Part shown: positions 39,801 through 53,305 of the stretch, in pieces | Layout of the letters: every line of letters starts with the position of its first letter | How positions within the stretch are numbered: position 1 is the first letter of the stretch | Origin: Antedon mediterranea | Lineage: Eukaryota; Animalia; Echinodermata | DNA length: 64,000 nucleotides | Reading direction: 5' to 3' | Assembly (NCBI RefSeq): GCF_964355755.1 | Contig: NC_092676.1 | Coordinates: forward strand, 2,609,788 to 2,673,787 | Position numbers and translations under genes: made by a program | Notes under the pieces: model-generated | What the model saw: only the letters and a program-made list of their open reading frames with translations | Told to the model about the DNA's origin: nothing | Database searches by the model: none

Positions 39801-42073
39801 TAATTACTTTTCTAATTTTGTTTGCAAAAATAAAAAAAAAACTCTACAAAATCAATAATACAACTAAAACTAAAATCTATTTTTAAAACTATTATATCAT
39901 TTCAAACTAAAATCTATTTTAAACTATTATTTAAAACTGATGATTCTACTATAGACGTTTTTTTTACTCCATTTTAGCACTGCATATTTCAGTGAATAAG
40001 ATTCAATAATTGAATATATTAAAATTGATGCATATGATTGACAGATTGAATGAAAGTTCCCTTCGTTTACATAATTCTTAATTGATATAGTTTTAAGTTG
40101 CTTATTTTAAGTAACAGATGTTTCCACCCATACTCAGTTTTATGTTACTACGTGTCACACACGGCAGTATTACTAAATAACATAATAAAATATGAGTTTA
40201 CATACAAAAAAAATTAACGATGACTTTACAAACTTTCTGAACTATTTGTAAAAAAAAGTCCATTAAATTTTAAAAAAGGGGAAATTAAAAAAAACTTTCT
40301 TTTTACATTTAATTTTTAATGTAAATTTTTAAGTTTTAAATTTAATTGACATTAAAAATTAGAATTATTTGAATTTATGTTTGAATACTCGTATTCATAT
40401 TTACAAAGCAAACAAAATTAATATTCTGATATTAATAATTATAATTATTTATATTTTTAAATATAAACACATTAGGCATAAAACATTAATTTTAAACCGC
40501 CTGGTCATATACTGAAATTTAATTAATTAATTTCAAATAATAAAACGAGAAAATCTGTGAGAATATTTATTAATATTATAATTACAAAATTTCTTTGCTT
40601 TTAAGTGACTAATCATATTTTTTAAAAATTAAACAAAATATAATTTAATTTAAACCAAATAAATAAAGTTAACGCTAGACTCCAGACTTGACCTATGTAT
40701 TATTTGTGTTGGTTCGTCTTTAATTGAATCCAAGCAAGCCTATCTTGTAACCTTCACAGCTGTGAGTTTGTTAATGAGAAACATACGGACACACTTCACC
40801 ACCGCGGCGGGTCAGTTAGATTCAATGTCCGTATTGTTCTATGGATGGGACGAAAACGTGGCATAAATCGTTCAACACGTATGCCGTTGTCAAGACAAAT
40901 CAAGTTTGGTGGTTCCCCTTCACTGGCGGAGACAATACCATGCGTGCTTCTGCAAACTCCTTAAATAATAGCGCGTGCTTAAATTAGCCCGAGATAATTA
41001 TTGTGACGGCGGACTGGCTCCACTGTGTACTTTGCATTCACATGTGATTCATAAACAGTGGATCTATGCCGTGGATGAACATCAAAGATAAAGAAATCAT
41101 GGGAAATTCAATCAGTTCGTTACTTCCTTTTATTTTATTTCATTTCTGTCCCTTGCACCTGGTATGCACTCGTATTTTATCAGTTTCTTGATGCTAGTCA
41201 GACGGCCAGTATCTGAACACTTCCCGGCATGTTTTGATTTTAATTATCATAAGTATTATTAATCCTCGTTGCTGATTTATGTTTAATAGAGGATGTTGTC
41301 AGTACAGTGGAGAATAACGCACCCGGATTAGGTAACAGAGGTCTCGTGGGTGGCGCTTGCGTCACCCTGAGGGATACTTGTCAGTACGGGGGCCACTCTA
41401 TGGCCTTCACATTAAACCAATGCATTAAAAGACTTTCATTGCCAGCCTGTTGAAACTTGCTTAAGCAATCTTACTGGCTTAAAGCAATGTTGACAAGCGC
41501 ACTTAATGACAGAACTTTGCTCAGACACTTTTTAATCACTGATTTTACCGAAACTCATGAAATCATCAACACTCGCTTTTGCCACTTTTTATTTTCGCAG
41601 TCATGTGCGGTTATTTTCAGATTATGAAATAATACTTTCTCCCTGTGGGTAAATTTTCAATTTTCTTCAAGGTGATGCTGTTATATTAATACATTTATAT
41701 TCTTTGAAAGTAAGTTTATGTGAAGGTTAATTCTGATTTTAACAAAACCTGTTCATTGTAGTCATTTAGATAAAGGAAATATTGTGGTTTATGATAAGAA
41801 TATTGGCAAGATTTTTGGCGAGATGTGTACCAGTTTAATGTGCACATATCGTGACAAGATAAACCTAGATTAGTATGGCTCATCTTAGTGACCATGCCAA
41901 AAGTATTCTACTGCAGCTTCTGCAGTAAACTACAATTTGTTTAATCTTTATTGTTGTGTGTGTCTGGTTGCTGTGCTATTATTAATAGCAAACTTGTTTT
42001 TTTGGGTATAGTGATCAATGTTAGTACCTTTGATCTATTGAATCAACAAAAAAAAGAAAAATTTCTCTTCTAT

Positions 42074-42581
42074 AATGTGAAATAGGTCTAGTGTTATGTT
42101 ACTAACGTTTTTCTAGAATAACTTCCAACACGATGAACACATCATAAATATTGTTTAGCAAAAATCATGTGTAATGAAATCAGTGTAAAATTGGTCTGTA
42201 GTGTTATGATCATGTTTATCCAAAATATAACTTCCAGCACGATGAATATATCATAAATATTATTTAGCAACAATCTTGATGTACAGTGACAACATCAATG
42301 TGAAATAGGTTTGTAGTGTTACGATCCTGTTTTTCTAAAATATAACTTCCAGCACGATGAACACATCGTAAATATTGTTTAAAAACAATCATGTATAGTG
42401 ACATCAATGTGAAAAAGGTCTGTAGTGTTATGATCATGTTTTTCCAAAATATAACTTCCAGCATGATGAACACATCATAAATATTGTTTAGCAACAATCT
42501 TGATGTACAGTGACAATGACATCAATGTGAAATAGGTCTGTAGTGTTTTTTTCCATAATATATAACTTCCCAGTATCATAA
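42074..42581 (+). repeat. Degenerate tandem repeat, about 108-118 bp unit, about 4.5 copies
   Basis: Recurrent AATGTGAAATAGGTCTGTAGTGTTA...ATATAACTTCCAGCACGATGAACACATCATAAATATTGTTTAGCAA. Confidence 0.88.
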
Positions 42582-43005
42582 ATGATCTTCAATGATAAAT
42601 ATTTTGAATAATGAGTTTTGTATGCAATAAAACATATTAACCAGGAGTTATAAATGTGGCATGAAGAAAAGTAAATCTTTAATTATAATTTATTTGGCAG
42701 TCTTAATCAGATCAATGGACATAAATTTGTTTCTTTTTAAAAATTACCAGTAAAATGGAAATGCTATTGAAAAAGAAGCTTGGGGCGGTGACGCAGAGGA
42801 CGCATTTGATGATGGGTTGTACCGGGGGCATGACATAAAATTCATGGACAGAATTTAAGTTCCTTTATGTCAAAATGTAGTAACAAGTTGATGACTTCAA
42901 TTGCTAATAGTTGTTGAAATTAAATCTATACAGTTCTTTTAAGTGTTAACAAGTGTGTGGGTTTAAAAAAAATTTCTATAAATTTTATTTCTTCATTCGT
43001 AAAAT

Positions 43006-43298
43006 CCCTATTGAGGGGACACCTTTGGTGTTGTTTTCTCTTTTGCAGCAGAGGCACAATTCTTTACATAAAAATATACACATAAAATATAGTTACAAAG
43101 TTATGAAATTGTGAGTAGGGAAAAATGTGTTACATTATAACATATGTTTTCCCTTATTTGTTTTAAATAGAGGTGTTCCCTAAATAGGGGTGTCCCCTAA
43201 ATAGAGGTGTCCCCTAAATAGGGGTGTCCCCTAAATAGGGGTGTCTCAAAGGCCTGATGTCTCAAACAAAGGATGTCCTAAAGAAGGGGATTCGATTG
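43006..43298. mobile_element. Family C MITE with tandem expansion of its 17-bp subterminal motif
   Basis: TAAATAGGGGTGTCCCC-like unit five times (43164-43247); right end AAGGGGATTCGATTG-TA; CCCTATTGAGGGGACACC at left. Confidence 0.6.
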
Positions 43299-43860
43299 TA
43301 GTAAATAATAACAAAGGCTATCTAAAAACAAGTATTCCACTTTCAAATATGTTACAATAATGCAACTATCTAGATTAAATTTAAGCTATTTGTTTTTAAT
43401 GTCAAAAGTCATATAATTACCATCATTGGATGTGATTCAATTGTGTGTAAGAGAGCTGGACTCGATCATAGTTTTTTCCAGCTCCTTCCAAAGTTGTTTA
43501 TAACGAAATGTTATTGTATTTAGTTTTGATAATGTATTGGAAAAATATAAAGTCAAAGTTTAAGGTAATAATTCTTAGAAACAATTAAAGTATAAAGACA
43601 TATAAATTAAGAAACCATTAGTATGTAACCAATTACTGCGATTTTATCCATCAATTGTTACGGAATTTCCTTTCCTATTAATGTCGTTATCGATATAAGA
43701 GATCATTTATATCGCTACAAAGCAAGAAGCTAACAGTGAACTGTTGTAGTTTTGTGTTAAGTTCCTATTGGTGTATTAAACGGTTGATTGGCCAATAATG
43801 AACATCAATTAGTCTTCTCAAGTGTTTAGTATCATTATCTGATTGCCTGTCATTCTGGCT

Positions 43861-44330
43861 TTACCTCAATTGTGAGATGCAAACATCACTGTGAAACGTA
43901 TACAACAAATCGGAAATTTTTGTCTTTTAGTCAGAGAGAAAATGTGAATGAAAATGTTGTTTTTTTTACAATGTTACCTCAATTGTGTGAGATGCAAACA
44001 TCACTATGAAACGTACACAACAAATCAGAAGAGAAATTTTGAATGAGAATGTCATTTTCCAGGATTTTCTATCAATTGTGTGTGATGCAAATATCACCAT
44101 AAAATGTACCAAAAAAAATAATATAGTAATATTTTTGTCTTATAGTCAGAGAGAAATTTTGAATGAAAATGTTGTTTTTTTCATGATTTTTTATCAATTG
44201 TGTGTGATGCAAACATTACCATTCACAACAAAACAAAATCTCCAAGAACTGTTCTTTGAAAAATTATTGATGATTTTATCTCAATTTTGTAAGATGCAGA
44301 CTTATCACTGTAACACACAAACAATTTTGT
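43861..44330 (+). repeat. Degenerate tandem repeat, about 90-125 bp unit, about 5 copies
   Basis: Recurrent TCAATTGTGTG(A/T)GATGCAAACATCAC and AGAGAAATTTTGAATGAAAATGT. Confidence 0.82.
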
Positions 44331-46626
44331 TCTAAATTAAATATTGTGACGGGAAAAGTTTATTTATTATTTGTATACAATGAACAATTTTTATTTTCTG
44401 AATTGCGAAAGATGACGTGACAGTTTAACGTTTTTCTAAACAATACTATTCTCTTTCTAACATTAAAATAATAAAATAAAAAGTTTTCTAAAAGAACGTG
44501 TTTTCAATAGCTCATTCCTATCTTTTTTTTGTTTGCAAATTTTAGAAACATTTTAAGTTGTTCTTATTTGTGTTATATAAATATAAATAAATACAAAAAT
44601 GATTCTATGTTCACTATATTTGTTTAGAAATGCTGCCTTTACATTTAAATTCTTAACTAATTTGTTGATAAATTCCTTCATGTAACAATCTTGATTAATA
44701 GAGTGTTCAATGCATTATATAATAACCATTTTATAGCTAACAAATAAAAATTTAATTAGTTAATGGATGTTTTTATATTAAAATGAACATCAGTAATCTT
44801 ATTAGTATATTTTATTTTTAAAATAGAATATTTGTGAACATTGTACTTCTATACTCTCATTAACCATGATAATAATAGTTTTATTTTCTAAAGAATCTTT
44901 TATTATTATTATTAGTGTTTTGCTTAGTTTTTTTCTTTCTCTTCGACAATAGGCTATTTTTATCTTGTTTCATAATTGTTCAATTTAGATTTTTGATTCA
45001 TATCCTAGTCTGTGATAATTATTATAATGCTATATGATGGTTTTTATAAAATGTCATAATTATTAAAAAATGATCACTAGTAAGAATTAGAATTTTTTTC
45101 TAATTCATAGTGTAATTGGCAAAAAGAATTGTACAAATTATAAACTAAACCCATCATTGTCTTTTTATATTTTCAATTCAATATTAACAACTTTAAATAT
45201 AGTATAGTAGTTTAAAATAGTTATATAACAACAATAATTTGTCTGTTACTATGTCTTCAATAAAAGTTTGGCTGTGTGCTGCCCTCGCTAGGTAGCACAC
45301 CTTTATGAACTTGTGCTGACCTAGAATAAATGGCATAATTAATTAAATCCACAAATTCAGAATACCTATACATCTACTAAACTCGCAATATACGTCAAAT
45401 CTGATTGTAAAATTGCATCGCGCTTAATTAAATATTTAGCGCACAATCATAGCATAGAATTATGAAGATAAGCTTTTGTCCATTTTCATATTGGAGTAAT
45501 TTTTGAATTAAAAACTGAAATAATTAAATATATTTAAACCAAATGTATAAAAACCTAGAAATAAGAGAGGATAATATAGGTTTTCAAACCACGGTTAGGT
45601 TTTACAATTTATTTATCATTTTATTTGGTTTTTCTGTTTCTAAGATGTTTAATTAATAAAGTAAACCAAGTTTAAATGAAAATAATTAAAATGATGTAAT
45701 ATACTAAACATTGATAAAAATCCATGTTCTTGAGAAAGTTTTGAAATATCATTGTCTGGATTTTGCAATTTTTAAAAAATATGTTGATAAATTTGGAGAT
45801 TTTGCAAGTTATTATGTTAATTAATCTGCAAACATTTATTTATAGTTCACATATTTCCACCAAATACATTATTTAAAAATAGCATAACTGTGCTATTGTA
45901 CATTAAGCTAGTCATTCATATCTCTGCCTTAAAAAAAGAAGTTAAGTTACAACCTATAGTTCAATTCCCATCGGACGTAATCTTCATTTTTTCTTCTTCG
46001 TCTTTGCGGCAAATTTGTAGGAATGTGAAGAAATTAAGACAACATGGAAATTATAACGATGTTGAGAATTCTCCAAATTTATCCCTGGGAATGCGGTAAC
46101 ATCTCTGAGCATCTATTAACACACATATCGCCAGCTTGCAATTGTTGCTATGTGCATTGGGTACAAGGCTAAAGAGTCATTCTCAACTGAGTGTAAACAT
46201 TAAGTGTTGCTTTCTCTTTGAACAAATTGTTAATTTTACATGGCAAACTAGGTTACAACCAAGTTCATACAATTTTTACACTTGTATATTGGAAATTAAA
46301 ATCAAATCTCGGTCACATATGAGTGTCATTGGTGTTTTTTCATAATACTTGCTCCATATAACGAATGATAATGATTGTTGTGGTCTCCTTACGTATCGTA
46401 GAGTAACGCGTTTCTGTAACTTTGTTCTTCAACCTTCAACCATTTTTATGCAAACTTAAACACAGCTATACGGTATAATGGTCAACTATACTGACAAGCA
46501 AACTTTGTGAATACCAGAAAAGAAATTCCTCAAAATTAGAATTCTTATAACGTACAAAAGGTCCCAAAATAATATGTCAAATCTCATAGAGGAAAAAATA
46601 GCAAATACATTCAATACAAGAAATAA

Positions 46627-46720
46627 ACTGGACATTTCGGGCTGGCCAAAAGGAGGTCCAGTTTTGCTTGCCCAAAGAATGTCCAGTTTTACTTGCCCAA
46701 AGGGGTGTCCATTATTGTAC
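46627..46720. repeat. Short clustered direct and inverted repeats, possible DNA transposon end
   Basis: GTCCAGTTTT(G/A)CTTGCCCAAAG occurs twice, plus inverted AAACTGGAC at 46625. Confidence 0.45.
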
Positions 46721-47539
46721 TTTTTAAATTGTATATTCATCCAGAGTATCTTTAACAAAATAAAAAAGCCAGGTTTAGGGTCCATTCTATTGTCGCCACA
46801 GATTGATATCTTCATCATTACTTCTATGAATGGATGATTAGGTGGGAACACGAATGCTAGTTGATCATACCCAGTACCGTTTTGATTGTACGATTAATCG
46901 GGAAATCACCTTACGAGATTTATATACTGTTTTTTTAAACTACTGAAATAATTTGTGTATTATAATGTTTTATTTTGTTGATCTAATGTTTTATTATACT
47001 TTTATTTACATTTATACCAATTACGAGGAGAACACAGCCTTAAAGTACCGTACTTAAACTGAAGCCAAAGTCTTAAAATTGTACATTGAACGAGCACAGA
47101 CAAAATGTGCATTTAAAAACGAGAGAATTGAAGTTAATGAGAGAATGATGAATTTACTTAAGTACAAATATGAGACGGGCTTAAGAGAACCTTGGCAGAA
47201 AATCCATAGGAATGCAAGATGAGGATTTGGTGGATAACCAAGCTTGTTGTTCACGATAAACTTCTTATTTGTTGTTTCTATGTCATTCTAAAGGTTTTGT
47301 ATGAGAGTGAATTTAAAGAAGCTGATTGTTGACTGAGCAACAAGTTTAAGATGCTGAGATAAGTCACTGATAAATGTAAGTACGCATTCCACTTTGGAAC
47401 TTTTCAACTTTCCAGGCATCTAGAAATTTAAAAAAATATTGTAGTTGTAAATTAACATGTTTGTATAGTAGTGAGAGACTCATAACTAAAATTTATTTCT
47501 ATTTTTTATGTTTATTTTCTTATTATTTGATTACTCTTT

Positions 47540-47639
47540 ATATTTATTGTTTGTTATGATATTTCCAATTACTGTACCACTTTGAAAATCAGTGCACTAG
47601 TACTGAAAGTGCCTGAAGAATAAAGAAAGAATAAATAAA
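47540..47639 (+). mobile_element. Possible LINE/SINE 3' tail fragment
   Basis: Stem-loop CAGTGC-ACTA-GTACTG, then AATAAA and a (TAAA)n tail. A second shorter copy lies at 50909-50960. Class is inference. Confidence 0.4.
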
Positions 47640-49203
47640 CTAGACATGTAACTCGTCACTTTGACGAGTTTGGTTATCCGCCGCGCAAGTGGTGCAACAT
47701 TAACATTAAGGGGATAGGTTGAGGACAAAAGGAAGTGTTCACGTTGGCATTATGACCTGAACTGAAGAATATGATATGTTGTTATTGATGAATTTTATTA
47801 TTTAAATTCATATATAGTATACACAGTATAATCTGTATCCATATCACATACAGTGTAGAATAGGTGAAATTACGGGACCCGCTATTTATTGCAATTTTTA
47901 ACATGTTGACGGTTTTAAAATGAAACGCGAAGGTAGCAATTCCGAAAGGAAATTATCTCAGCAACAACGTATTAGCGTGTAGGAGAAATTTGAATACGTG
48001 AAATATTGATGCGCGCTCTTTTAAATGTAATGAATTATGACGCAAAAGATGAAAATACGACCTTTTTTATTTAACTGGCCATATGATGACGTCACAACAT
48101 CCGATTGGCAACATTTTTACATAATTTCGTATCTACAATCCAATAGCTTCCAGAAAAAGTTTTAATCGTGATTATCGCATTTTATTTTTACGAGCTATAA
48201 CAGCTTAAAATTTACTGTAAAGATGAAATTGATGCCACACGTGATTAAAATTTTTAGGCATGATGACGTCAAAAAAATTAAAATATTTTTAACTCATGCG
48301 AAAGATAGTTGATTGACCTAGACAATATCAAAATCGGGGTGAAAATGGAAAACGGATAAGTGGAGATGCGCTCTATTCAATGTGATGAGCTATGACGAAA
48401 GATACAAAAATCCTAAATTTTATATTCGCGTGGCCATACGATGACGTCACAATGTCCGGTTAGCCATATTAATACCTGATCTGATATCTACAACTCATTT
48501 ACTTCTAGAATATGTCATCCACAAAAATTTGACCGTCTAGTTTAGAAATTACGACTGTTTAAAAAAAGGCATATTTTAAACGAATTTTTTAACCTTTTCA
48601 TAAAAAACGCGCGCAAATTGTCCAATTCGACGTGCTCGTATGACGTATCTTTAAGTCGAAATTGTTTAAAATTTGGTAAAATTTCTAGAAAAGGCTGGAA
48701 AAACATAAATCACGCGAAAAAAATACGTTTTCAATGCTACGTGCGCACCGCACACGTAAAAATGTGCGCACGCGTGGGAATTTTTGACATGCTTAAAACG
48801 ACATGAAACGCGTAGAAAGTTGATTAGAAATTAATTTTGCGCATTTTGAAATTTTAAATGCGCGTGCGCGCGTAACTTTGTGTAAAACACGGAATTTTTT
48901 TTCAACAGAAAGTTAGCGCATGATATAAATTAAACTTTTGCAAAGTTTCAAGTTGAAATGTTATTTGGTTGTCGAGCTATGTTAAATACGACAAAATCGT
49001 TAAATCGCGCGTAAGTCACGTTGCGCAATTGTAAACGTCATGAAAAGCTTCGCTTGACGACGTTACGTAAATGTCAATATGTTAAGATAGTTACCGAAAT
49101 GTTATGTTTGCGAGTTTTAGAGAAAAGCGTTACACAAAAATCATACAGAATGATTTCGTACAATCACAAGACGTTATCCTGCAACTTCGTTGCGGATAAC
49201 CAA
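47640..49203 (-). mobile_element. Non-autonomous Helentron/Helitron2-like element, unit 1 (1564 bp)
   Basis: On the minus strand: 5' TTGGTTATCCGC within a hairpin (49173-49200), 3' sub-terminal IR GCGGATAACCAA (47670-47681), stem-loop AACTCGTCA/TGACGAGTT (47650-47670) and terminal CTAG. T-rich insertion site, no TSD, no Rep/helicase ORF. Confidence 0.82.
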
Positions 49204-50770
49204 CTAGACATGTAACTCATCACTTTGACGAGTTTGGTTATCCGCCGCGCAAGTGGTGCAACATTAACATTAAGGGGATATGTTGAGGACAAAAGGAAGT
49301 GTTCACGTTGGCATTATGACCTGAACTGAAGAATATGATATGTTTTTATTGCTGAATTTTATTATTTAAATTCATATATAGTATATACACAGTATAATCT
49401 GTATCCATATCACATACAGTGTAGAATAGGTGAAATTACGGGACCCGCTATTTATTGCAATTTTTAACATGTTGACGGTTTTAAAATGAAACGCGAAGGT
49501 AGCAATTCCGAAAGGAAATTATCTCAGCAACAACGTATTAGCGTGTAGAAGAAATTTGAATACGTGAAATATTGATGCGCGCTCTTTTAAATGTAATGAA
49601 TTATGACGCAAAAGATGAAAATACGACCTTTTTTATTTAACTGGCCATATGATGACGTCACAACATCCGATTGGCAACATTTTGACATAATTTCGTATCT
49701 ACAATCGAATAGCTTCCAGAAAAAATTTTAATCGTGATTATCACATTTTATTCTTACGAGCTATAACAGATTAAAATTTACTGAAAAGATGAAATTAATG
49801 CCACACGTGATTTAAATTTTTAGGCATGATGACGTCAAAAAAATTAAAATATTTTTAACTCATGCGAAAGATACTTGATTGACCTAACCAAAATCAAAAT
49901 CGGGGTGAAAATGGAAAACGGATAAGTGGAGATGCGCTCTATTCAATGTGATGAGATATGACAAAAGATACAAAAATCCTAAATTTTATATTCGCGTGGC
50001 CATACGATGACGTCACAATGTCCGGTTAGCCATATTAATACCTGATCCGATATCTACAACTCATCTACTTCCAGAATATGCCATCCACAAAAAGTTGACC
50101 GTCTAGTTTAGAAATTACGACTGTTTAAAAAAAGGCATATTTTAAACGAATTTTGTAACCTTTTCATAAAAAACGCGCGCAAATTGTACAATTCGACGTG
50201 CTCGTATGACGTATCTTTAAGTCGAAATTGTTTAAAATTTGGTAAAATTTACTAGAAAAGGCTGGAAAAATATAAATCACGCGAAAAAAGTACGTTTTCA
50301 ATACTACGTGCGCACCGCACACGTAAAAATGTGCGCACGCGTGGGAATTTTTGACATGCTTAAAACGACATGAAACGCATAGAAAGTTGATTATAAATAA
50401 ATTTTGCGCATTTTGAAATTTTAAATGCGCGTGCGCGCGTAACTTTGTGTAAAACACGCAATTTTTTTTCAACAGAAAGTTAGCGCATGATATAAATTAA
50501 ACTTTTGCAAAGTTTCAAGTTGAAATGTTATTTGGTTGTCGAGCTATGTTAAATACGACAAAATCGTTAAATCGCGCGTAAGTCACGTTGCGCAATTGTA
50601 AACGTCATGAAAAGCTTCGCTTGACGACGTTACGTAAATGTCAATATGTTAAGATAGTTACCGAAATGTTATGTTTGCGAGTTTTAGAGAAAAGCGTTAC
50701 ACAAAAATCATACAGAATGATTTCGTACAATCACAAGAGGTTATCCTGCAACTTCGTTGCGGATAACCAA
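49204..50770 (-). mobile_element. Non-autonomous Helentron/Helitron2-like element, unit 2 (1567 bp), head-to-tail with unit 1
   Basis: Full-length repeat of 47640-49203 with scattered substitutions; precise junction GCGGATAACCAA|CTAGACATG at 49203/49204. Confidence 0.82.
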
Positions 50771-51914
50771 TAAATAAAATGGTTCACTTGGTTGCGGTAG
50801 GTGGTTTCTGTAATTACCAGCATCTGTAGATATTGGTGCTGGTAATGGTTTTGGTGGTAGTATGGTATTGGGTGCTTGTTGTGGCGCTGTTGCTAATATC
50901 GAATACTATAGTACTGAAAGTGCCTGCAAAATAAATAACGAAAGAATAAATAAATAAATGAAATAACCCTCCAAACCAACAAAAAATGTAAAACTAAAGA
51001 AGCTACTATGAAATACAAGATACTGAGTATTGAAAAGTTTTGTATAAAGTAGGCCAGATTTTATTCCAGAGTAATCTAGATTTTTAATTAGATGGTCTTT
51101 TGTTCTTGTGTACCATCATGTTTCTTTTGTTCAGTAAATTGTTCACTTCAAGTAAAAGTCAAAAAATGCAAAAAAATAAAAAATATTTAACAGTTCCCCA
51201 GTCAGATCTTTTGAATACTCCACAGGATACATTTGATTTAAATAGAAAGAAAAAATTAAGCTAAAAAAGTATTTTTCCATTTTTCAAGGTGTCTTGATGA
51301 AAATTACTTGAAACTTTTTTTTCAGTAAACTCCCCCACTATAAAAAAAAAAGAAGAGAAAAAATGGCAATTACAAACTTGAAAATTCAACTTAGAATGAA
51401 ATTGTATATGTGTATAAAATAATTATTAGTACTCAACTATGAAATAAATGCAGAAAAATGAATGAATATTTAGTTTGATATTAAAGTTTAAACAGTCAAA
51501 CAATATGTACATTGCTTTGTAGAGTGTAGCGCAATTTATATACAATTTTCAATCATCTCACTGTGTGAATTATACAGTATGGACTAATTATAACCTTTTA
51601 GGAATTCACCAATCATATGAATATATTTATACAATTATTTCTGTAATTGTGTAACAATAATTGTGAATAATTTCACTTTTTAAACTAATTGTTCTCTTTA
51701 TGAATATTTTCCCATTTATATTTTACTTTGTTTGTTGCATTAATTTGCATAATTAGTTTTTAAATACTTTATTTTACATTATATAGCACATTATTTAAAG
51801 GTTTTTTAAGCAAATAAGTTGGCCTTTTCATTTACAAACGGCAATGATATCGTCGTTACTTTTTGTCCAAATATTTTACTCATGAAAACTCCTCATTTTG
51901 CAAAGGTATTTTAA

Positions 51915-52212
51915 AGATATCTTATTATCCACCTGAAAAATAATTTTTGTTGTTGAATAAGTCGTTTTAATTTCACATAATAGTTGTTTACTTTGACCAC
52001 AATTTGGATCTAGAACAAAAATTTACGTGAAACCTGTAATTTAAAGCAAAAAATAATTAAATTGTCTATCACATAATGGGTTTTTGTTTAAATTTAACCG
52101 TTTATTTTGTCTGAAATCCTGTTTTTGTCGGTTTTTTTTATATGGAGCTTGAAGTGAATAACTTTAAACTGCAAAATTGCCAGCTATTCAAAGCCTATTT
52201 TTATTAATGTTT
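51915..52212 (+). mobile_element. Kolobok-type MITE (family B), degenerate, right TIR missing
   Basis: TTAA-AGATATC start; CTTTGACCACAATTTGGATC, CTGTAATTTAAAGCAAAAAAT and AATGGGTTTTTGTTTAAATTTAACC are shared with 24084-24416. Confidence 0.65.
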
Positions 52213-52995
52213 ATTATTATGGAAGATCCACTGATGAATTTCAGTTGTAAGGTTTTATGACATGGAAAGGTATAAGTGCACCCTCTATAGTTAAAACCTA
52301 AACACCTTGTTTCCTATGCACGCATACTGTTTCCTATTACATGCTGATGTTCAGGTACTTTACTACGAGGAATGCATATTAAAATCACAATTCAATTTCT
52401 GTTTCATATTGAATTTTTTTTTATTCGTTATCAGTTTGAATTAATTAGGTATCGTGGAATTCAATTCGGTATTATATAGTCGTTTCCTGTAACATTTTAC
52501 TTCATAAAAATATCGTTCAAAATTCAGCCAGAGTTAAAAAGGGTACTTAAGATATCAAACTTCATCACGGCTAGTGTGTTTGACTAAGTGAAGTAAAGTC
52601 CGACATGATCGTTACATTCAATTTTCACTGTGGTTGTGTTTTAAGAATAAATAAAATAACATCAAAGCAACATATCACTCGCATGGTTTCAGGGTTGTTT
52701 GAATTTGAAAAAATGTTGGTGATATTATTATTTTAACTCGCATTCCTGAGGTGTACATTTTGCGGAGGTGTGTCGTAAAGATAATCAACATATTATACTT
52801 GGTAGAACAATTACCTTTTAGGCACTCTGTGGCACACCTTAACCCATAGTTTATAACATAAGATTCAAAGACAGCTGTTAGGCCTTTAGGTTAAGTAACA
52901 GTAAACTGAACTGAAAGCAATGTACAGTATAGGCATTTTATCGCCATAGATATCATTAATCCATATAATTATTTTTATTTAATTCAAATTCTTAA

Positions 52996-53305
52996 AGATA
53001 TATTGTCCCCCTAAAAGTAAAAATAAAAAAAAAACATTTTTTTTTTAATATGCCATTTAGTTATTCACTTTGACCAACAACTGGATGGAAAAAAACAATT
53101 ATTTACCTAAAAAAATGTAATTTAAAGCCAAAAATACTTAAACTGTTTGTCAGACAATGGTGAAATAAAAAAAAAGGGAATTAATGATTTTTGTTTTGTT
53201 TTTTTTAAACAAAAGTGGATAACTTTATTAAAACTGCAAAATGTCCTATTTAATTTCTGATTTTATTAATCTTTGTTTTTCATGTTTTTGAGGGACAATA
53301 CATCT
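52996..53305 (+). mobile_element. Kolobok-type MITE (family B)
   Basis: TTAA-AGATATATTGTCCCCC ... GAGGGACAATACATCT-TTAT (TSD with one change). Confidence 0.78.

Noticed and set aside
40728-40964. Stop-free plus-strand frame of about 78 codons in a GC-richer island
   Set aside because: No recognisable protein similarity and no convincing splice-site pair. The length is attainable by chance at this GC level.
48618-50773. Short ORFs inside the Helentron-like units
   Set aside because: No HUH Rep or helicase motifs, and the ORFs are not consistently preserved between the two units.
25609-52240. Other CTGANGA words (for example about 25609, 30055 minus strand, 47613, 52231) as hammerhead cores
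   Set aside because: None is followed by a stem II and GAAA box with a closing stem I.
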